From contig CAWVXU010000086.1 of assembly GCA_963934255.1 (NCBI GenBank), forward strand, positions 1 to 10,800: 10,800 nt of DNA, given 5' to 3'. Position 1 is the first letter of the stretch. Every line of letters starts with the position of its first letter. Source of the stretch: an uncultured Fibrobacterales bacterium (GTDB lineage Bacteria > Fibrobacterota > Fibrobacteria > Fibrobacterales > CAWVXU01). The notes beneath the pieces were generated by a model. It did not search any database. It worked only from the letters and a program-made list of their open reading frames with translations, and had not been told where the DNA came from. Shown one piece after another: positions 6,980-10,800 of the stretch. The position numbers and the translations under genes were made by a program.

Positions 6980-7926
6980 TAATTCGTGGACTCTATTTCT
7001 TCGTTGGTAGTCTCAAAGATGTTTTCTTTGAATAGTCCATCTAAGTAGTCTGACTTAGAAAATGGAACCAAATCTTCAACCTTTTCACCAAGCCCTAGCC
7101 ACTGTATAGGAACTTTTAACTCTCGAGAAATTGAAAGCACCGATCCACCTTTGGCTGTCCCATCGAGTTTAGTTACGACTAAACCATTGAGGGGAATTCC
7201 TTTATTAAAAGACTTGACTTGGTTAATTGTGTTTTGCCCTGTATTGCCATCTATTACAAGTAGGCATTCATGAGGGAGTGTTTCATCGTGTTTTCGAAGA
7301 ATCCGAACAACCTTTACAAGCTCATCCATGAGGTGAGATTTGTTGTGAAGTCTACCTGCGGTATCAACGATAAGTACATCAGCTTTTTTGGCTTTGGCAC
7401 TTTCGTATGCATCAAATGCGACCGCTGCTGCATCAGAACCTTCTTGATGTTTGACTAAATCAACATCAGATCGTTCAGCCCATGCTTCTAGTTGTTCAAT
7501 TGCTGCAGCGCGAAAAGTATCACCGGCAGCTAGTACGACTTTTTTGCCTTCAGACTTATACCTGTGTGCGAGTTTGCCGATAGTCGTTGTTTTACCGGCG
7601 CCGTTGACACCGATTACTAAAATCACATGAGGTCCATTTGAGTCCCAAGGAAAGTCTCCTCGTTCCATTAACATCTCGGATGCAACTTCTTTCATCAAAT
7701 CAAGTGCTTCTTCGGTACTAATAGACTTGCCAAGGGCACGATCTCTTAGAGCGTCGACCATCATAAATGATGGTTCAACTCCGATGTCGGCACGAATCAG
7801 TTGTTCTTCTAAATTTTCAAGCATCTCTTCAGTGACTTTACCACCACCGACGATGTTTTGTACTTCTTGAATAAAGGTGTCACGAGTTTTGGTTAAACCC
7901 TTTTTGATGGCATTAAAAAAGCCCAT
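6979..7926 (-). CDS. ftsY: Signal recognition particle receptor FtsY (short NG-domain form)
   Basis: GVNGAGKTTTIGKLA (G1), DTFRAAA, DTAGRL (G3), TKLDGTAKGG (G4), GLGEKVEDL; N-terminal amphipathic helix MGFFNAIKKGLTKTR. Confidence 0.98.
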   Translation of the reverse strand: MGFFNAIKKGLTKTRDTFIQEVQNIVGGGKVTEEMLENLEEQLIRADIGVEPSFMMVDALRDRALGKSISTEEALDLMKEVASEMLMERGDFPWDSNGPHVILVIGVNGAGKTTTIGKLAHRYKSEGKKVVLAAGDTFRAAAIEQLEAWAERSDVDLVKHQEGSDAAAVAFDAYESAKAKKADVLIVDTAGRLHNKSHLMDELVKVVRILRKHDETLPHECLLVIDGNTGQNTINQVKSFNKGIPLNGLVVTKLDGTAKGGSVLSISRELKVPIQWLGLGEKVEDLVPFSKSDYLDGLFKENIFETTNEEIESTN

Positions 7927-7927
7927 T

Positions 7928-8806
7928 TTAACTTCCTTGAATGAGAGCGATGAATTCAGCTACTTCACTGAGGTCACCTCGAATATGTTCTAATAGATCT
8001 TTTGGAGTTTTATTAATTCCAAGGTCATCCAAAATACTTGAATCAAATTCAAGTAGCTTCTCACCCTTGATGCAAGAAGATTCATTTAGCTTACTAAGAT
8101 GATCAGCTACATATAAAATTTTTGAAAGCTCTTGATACTCAGGTGCTTCTCTTGGTTCCTGATGAAATTTAACAGGGATTTGTAATGACTCTGGTATACC
8201 CCAACGCTCAAGCAGCATACTTGAAATTTCACAATGGGTGATTCCAATTAATTCTTTTTCTAGTTCTTGAGTTGTTTTATCACCTAAGACAGCAGCGTCT
8301 AGTACTTCTTGATAATCAGGACCAGAATACTGAGCTAATATTAGTTTACCAATATCATGTAAAAGACCACCTGAAAATGCGAGATCTCCATCAATAGCCT
8401 TAAACCTTGAGAGTCGAGCAATTGATTTAGACATCATAGCTACTTCAATCGAATGATTCCAAAAAGCATTTTTATCAAATGCCCCTTTACCTTCACCATT
8501 GTCATCAAAAATTTTGAGAACACTAGAGGAAAGTACCAAAGATTTAATCGTGCTAAAGCCAAGAATGACTATTGCAGATTTGATACTATTGATGGTTCTA
8601 GGGATTCCATAATAAGATGAATTGGCGAGCTTTAATACTTTTGATGCAAGAGCTACATCTTTTTCAACCAAGGTGGCTGCGTTGTCGGCACCAGAATGAG
8701 GGTGATTAATTACCTTTAATAATTGAGAAACAACCACAGGTAATGTAGGTATCTGCCCAAGGCTATCAATAATACTCAGATATTTTAATTTTGCATCTGG
8801 ATTCAT
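7928..8806 (-). CDS. Stand-alone HDOD domain protein (HD-related output domain), 292 aa
   Basis: IPTLP, KDVALASKVLKLANSSYYG, AIVILG, FWNHS, GLLHDIGKL, THCEI..LLERWGIP. Start reassigned to ATG 8806 because the track's TTG at 8848 lies inside clpP. Confidence 0.93.
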   Translation of the reverse strand: MNPDAKLKYLSIIDSLGQIPTLPVVVSQLLKVINHPHSGADNAATLVEKDVALASKVLKLANSSYYGIPRTINSIKSAIVILGFSTIKSLVLSSSVLKIFDDNGEGKGAFDKNAFWNHSIEVAMMSKSIARLSRFKAIDGDLAFSGGLLHDIGKLILAQYSGPDYQEVLDAAVLGDKTTQELEKELIGITHCEISSMLLERWGIPESLQIPVKFHQEPREAPEYQELSKILYVADHLSKLNESSCIKGEKLLEFDSSILDDLGINKTPKDLLEHIRGDLSEVAEFIALIQGS

Positions 8807-8822
8807 AAGCGTCTCATCAAAA

Positions 8823-9428
8823 TTAAAGGAAGTTTTCCACTTTATCAATTAGGCCATAAGTAGTTGCTTCATCTGCTGACATAAAGTTATCTCGGTCAGT
8901 ATCAATTTCAATTTGATTTTCACTTTTTCCTGAGTGCTCTGCAAGTATGGCATTCAAAGAGTGACGCACCCGAAGCATCTCTTCTGCTTGAATTTCAATA
9001 TCCGTTGCTGGACCATAAAATTGACCTTGGATAAGCGGCTGATGAATCATGATACGAGAATGTTTCCAAGCAATTCTTTTACCTGGAGCACCCGCACATA
9101 GAAGAACAGCGCCCATAGATGCGGCTTGCCCTGTCACTACTGTGCGAACATCAGACTTGATTGTTTGCATAGCATCATAAATTGCGAGCCCACTTGAAAT
9201 AACTCCACCTGGTGAGTTGATGAAAAGTGTGATATCTTCATTATTAAGTGAGTCTAGATAAAGGAGACGCTGGACAATTTTCTGAGCAGTTTCGTCATCC
9301 ACACCTTTCCACAAAAAGATGCGCCGGTTATTTAAAAAGTAATCATTCTGATCTTTATCAAAACTCGATTCAGGAGCTTTGTCGTCTTTTTTCTCTTCGT
9401 CTTCTTTTTCATCATGCAATTTAATCAT
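8823..9428 (-). CDS. clpP: ATP-dependent Clp protease proteolytic subunit
   Basis: FINSPGG; catalytic Ser in GQAASMG, His in IMIHQP and Asp in DRDNFM; YGLID. Confidence 0.97.
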   Translation of the reverse strand: MIKLHDEKEDEEKKDDKAPESSFDKDQNDYFLNNRRIFLWKGVDDETAQKIVQRLLYLDSLNNEDITLFINSPGGVISSGLAIYDAMQTIKSDVRTVVTGQAASMGAVLLCAGAPGKRIAWKHSRIMIHQPLIQGQFYGPATDIEIQAEEMLRVRHSLNAILAEHSGKSENQIEIDTDRDNFMSADEATTYGLIDKVENFL

Positions 9429-9483
9429 CGATATCTCTCGTTTAAAGTCTAGTGTTTTAAATACAAAATTCTAAACACCCTGA

Positions 9484-10800
9484 TTATTTTAATTCCCAGG
9501 TAGTTCCCTGAGGTGAATCTTTAATAACAATATCCATAATGTCAAATTGATCACGGATAGCGTCGGATTTTGCAAAATCTTTATTTGCTCTGGCTTCAAC
9601 TCGTTCTAGAAGAAGGCGCTCAATTAGAGATTCATCAATACTAGAAGTTGTTGGAGCTTTTTGAAACTCTTGCGCTAATTGTAAGCCTAAGACAGCGTCA
9701 AAGTCAACTGCCAAGGCACCTTTTTCTGCAGCGGAAAGGTCTGCATCTTTCAGTACCTGATGGAGCAAACCTAGTCCCGAAGGCAGGTTTAAGTCGTCGC
9801 CAACTGCGGCTTTAAATTGTTCATGCCAAGAAATAGCCTGAGGAGATTCAATTTTACCAGCACCTTGAATAAATTCAAAGGCTTTTTGGTGTAAACTTCC
9901 TCGGGATGTTTTAGCAGATTCCATGGCTTCCCATGAAAAATTTAAAAACTTACGATAATGTGCATTAAGAGCAAAGTATCTATAGTCCAAAGGGTGGAAA
10001 CCTTTTTCTAACAAGGTATCTAGAGTTAAAAGTTCGCCTTTGGATTTGGACATTTTACCATCATCACCCATACGTAAAAACTCTACATGCATCCAAAAAC
10101 GGCTGTATTTTTGACCTGTGGCACATTCAGATTGTGCTATTTCATTGGTATGGTGGATACGTACATGGTCTGAGCCACCACAATGAATATCTAGTGTCTC
10201 CCCAAGGTAGTGCATCGCCATAGCTGAGCACTCAATGTGCCAACCAGGAAACCCCACTCCCCAAGGTGAATCCCATTCCATACCACGTTTGGTATCTAGA
10301 GGAGAAAACTTCCAAAGCGCAAAGTCAGTAATAAATTTCTTTTCGCCGATTTCAATTCGAGACCCACCTTGTAGGCCCTCGATATCAAGATTAGCAAACT
10401 CACCATATCGTTCAAATTTTTGAGAATCAAAATACACCCCATCAGATGTGATGTAGGTATATCCTTTTTCTTCAAGTTTTTGTACAAGTTCAATTTGTTC
10501 TTTAATGTGGTCTGTCGCTTTGGACCAAGTCGTTGGATCGACCAGTTCAAGGCGTTTCCAATCCTTCATGAACTCTGCAGTATAGAAATCAGCAACTTCC
10601 CAGACAGATTTACCTGTGCGTTTGGCTGCGACATCCATTTTATCATCGCCATCATCTTGATCTGAAGTCAAGTGACCCACGTCTGTAATATTGACTACAT
10701 GATTGACATCAAAGTCGAAGTATTCCAAAGTTCGGCGAAGGAAGTCTTCAAATAAATAGGCTCTAAAATTTCCAATATGAGCATAATGATAAACTGTAGG
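9484..10800 (-). CDS. cysS: Cysteine--tRNA ligase (5' end outside the window)
   Basis: The frame is open to the window edge (PTVYHYAHIGNFRAYLFEDFLRRTLEYF), so the track start at 10728 is not real. Motifs: HIGN (HIGH-type), DFALWK, SPWGVGFPGWHIECS, HHTNE, KMSKS, and the C-terminal anticodon domain (ARANKDFAKSDAIRD). Confidence 0.98.
   Translation of the reverse strand, partial: PTVYHYAHIGNFRAYLFEDFLRRTLEYFDFDVNHVVNITDVGHLTSDQDDGDDKMDVAAKRTGKSVWEVADFYTAEFMKDWKRLELVDPTTWSKATDHIKEQIELVQKLEEKGYTYITSDGVYFDSQKFERYGEFANLDIEGLQGGSRIEIGEKKFITDFALWKFSPLDTKRGMEWDSPWGVGFPGWHIECSAMAMHYLGETLDIHCGGSDHVRIHHTNEIAQSECATGQKYSRFWMHVEFLRMGDDGKMSKSKGELLTLDTLLEKGFHPLDYRYFALNAHYRKFLNFSWEAMESAKTSRGSLHQKAFEFIQGAGKIESPQAISWHEQFKAAVGDDLNLPSGLGLLHQVLKDADLSAAEKGALAVDFDAVLGLQLAQEFQKAPTTSSIDESLIERLLLERVEARANKDFAKSDAIRDQFDIMDIVIKDSPQGTTWELK

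Noticed and set aside
7270..7458. 62-aa plus-strand ORF from the track
   Set aside because: Antisense shadow of ftsY.
6979..7926. FtsY appearing truncated (no acidic A domain)
   Set aside because: Short NG-only FtsY with an N-terminal amphipathic helix is common outside gammaproteobacteria, and all GTPase motifs are intact.
9429..9483. Inverted repeat GTGTTT...AAACAC in the cysS-clpP spacer
   Set aside because: Short AT-rich stem with a large loop and no U tract. Insufficient for a terminator or operator call.
10235..10665. Three short ORFs (10235-10423 +, 10296-10550 -, 10420-10665 +)
   Set aside because: All lie within cysS in alternative frames or antisense, with no independent coding evidence.

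Overview
AT-rich bacterial chromosomal window, mostly housekeeping genes from a diderm organism (it encodes a lipoprotein and a probable outer-membrane beta-barrel). The minus strand carries a tightly packed, probably co-transcribed run: cysS (5' end outside the window), clpP, stand-alone HDOD protein, short ftsY, DUF4296-like membrane-anchored protein, thioredoxin-like lipoprotein, GT2 glycosyltransferase, small beta-barrel OMP, and a GNAT acetyltransferase. Next come a 45-codon hydrophobic ORF missed by the ORF track (3508-3645), a terminator-like hairpin with a mutually exclusive alternative fold, and a long U32-family (RlhA-like) Fe-S protein. The 3' part of an AraC-family regulator converges from the plus strand, separated by a ~400 bp unexplained spacer. 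I see no rRNA, tRNA, CRISPR array or mobile element. Nothing here is a clearly new system. The best leads are the small ORF with the switchable hairpin upstream of the U32 gene, and the second Cys cluster in that protein. All family assignments come from motif recognition by eye, not from database searches.
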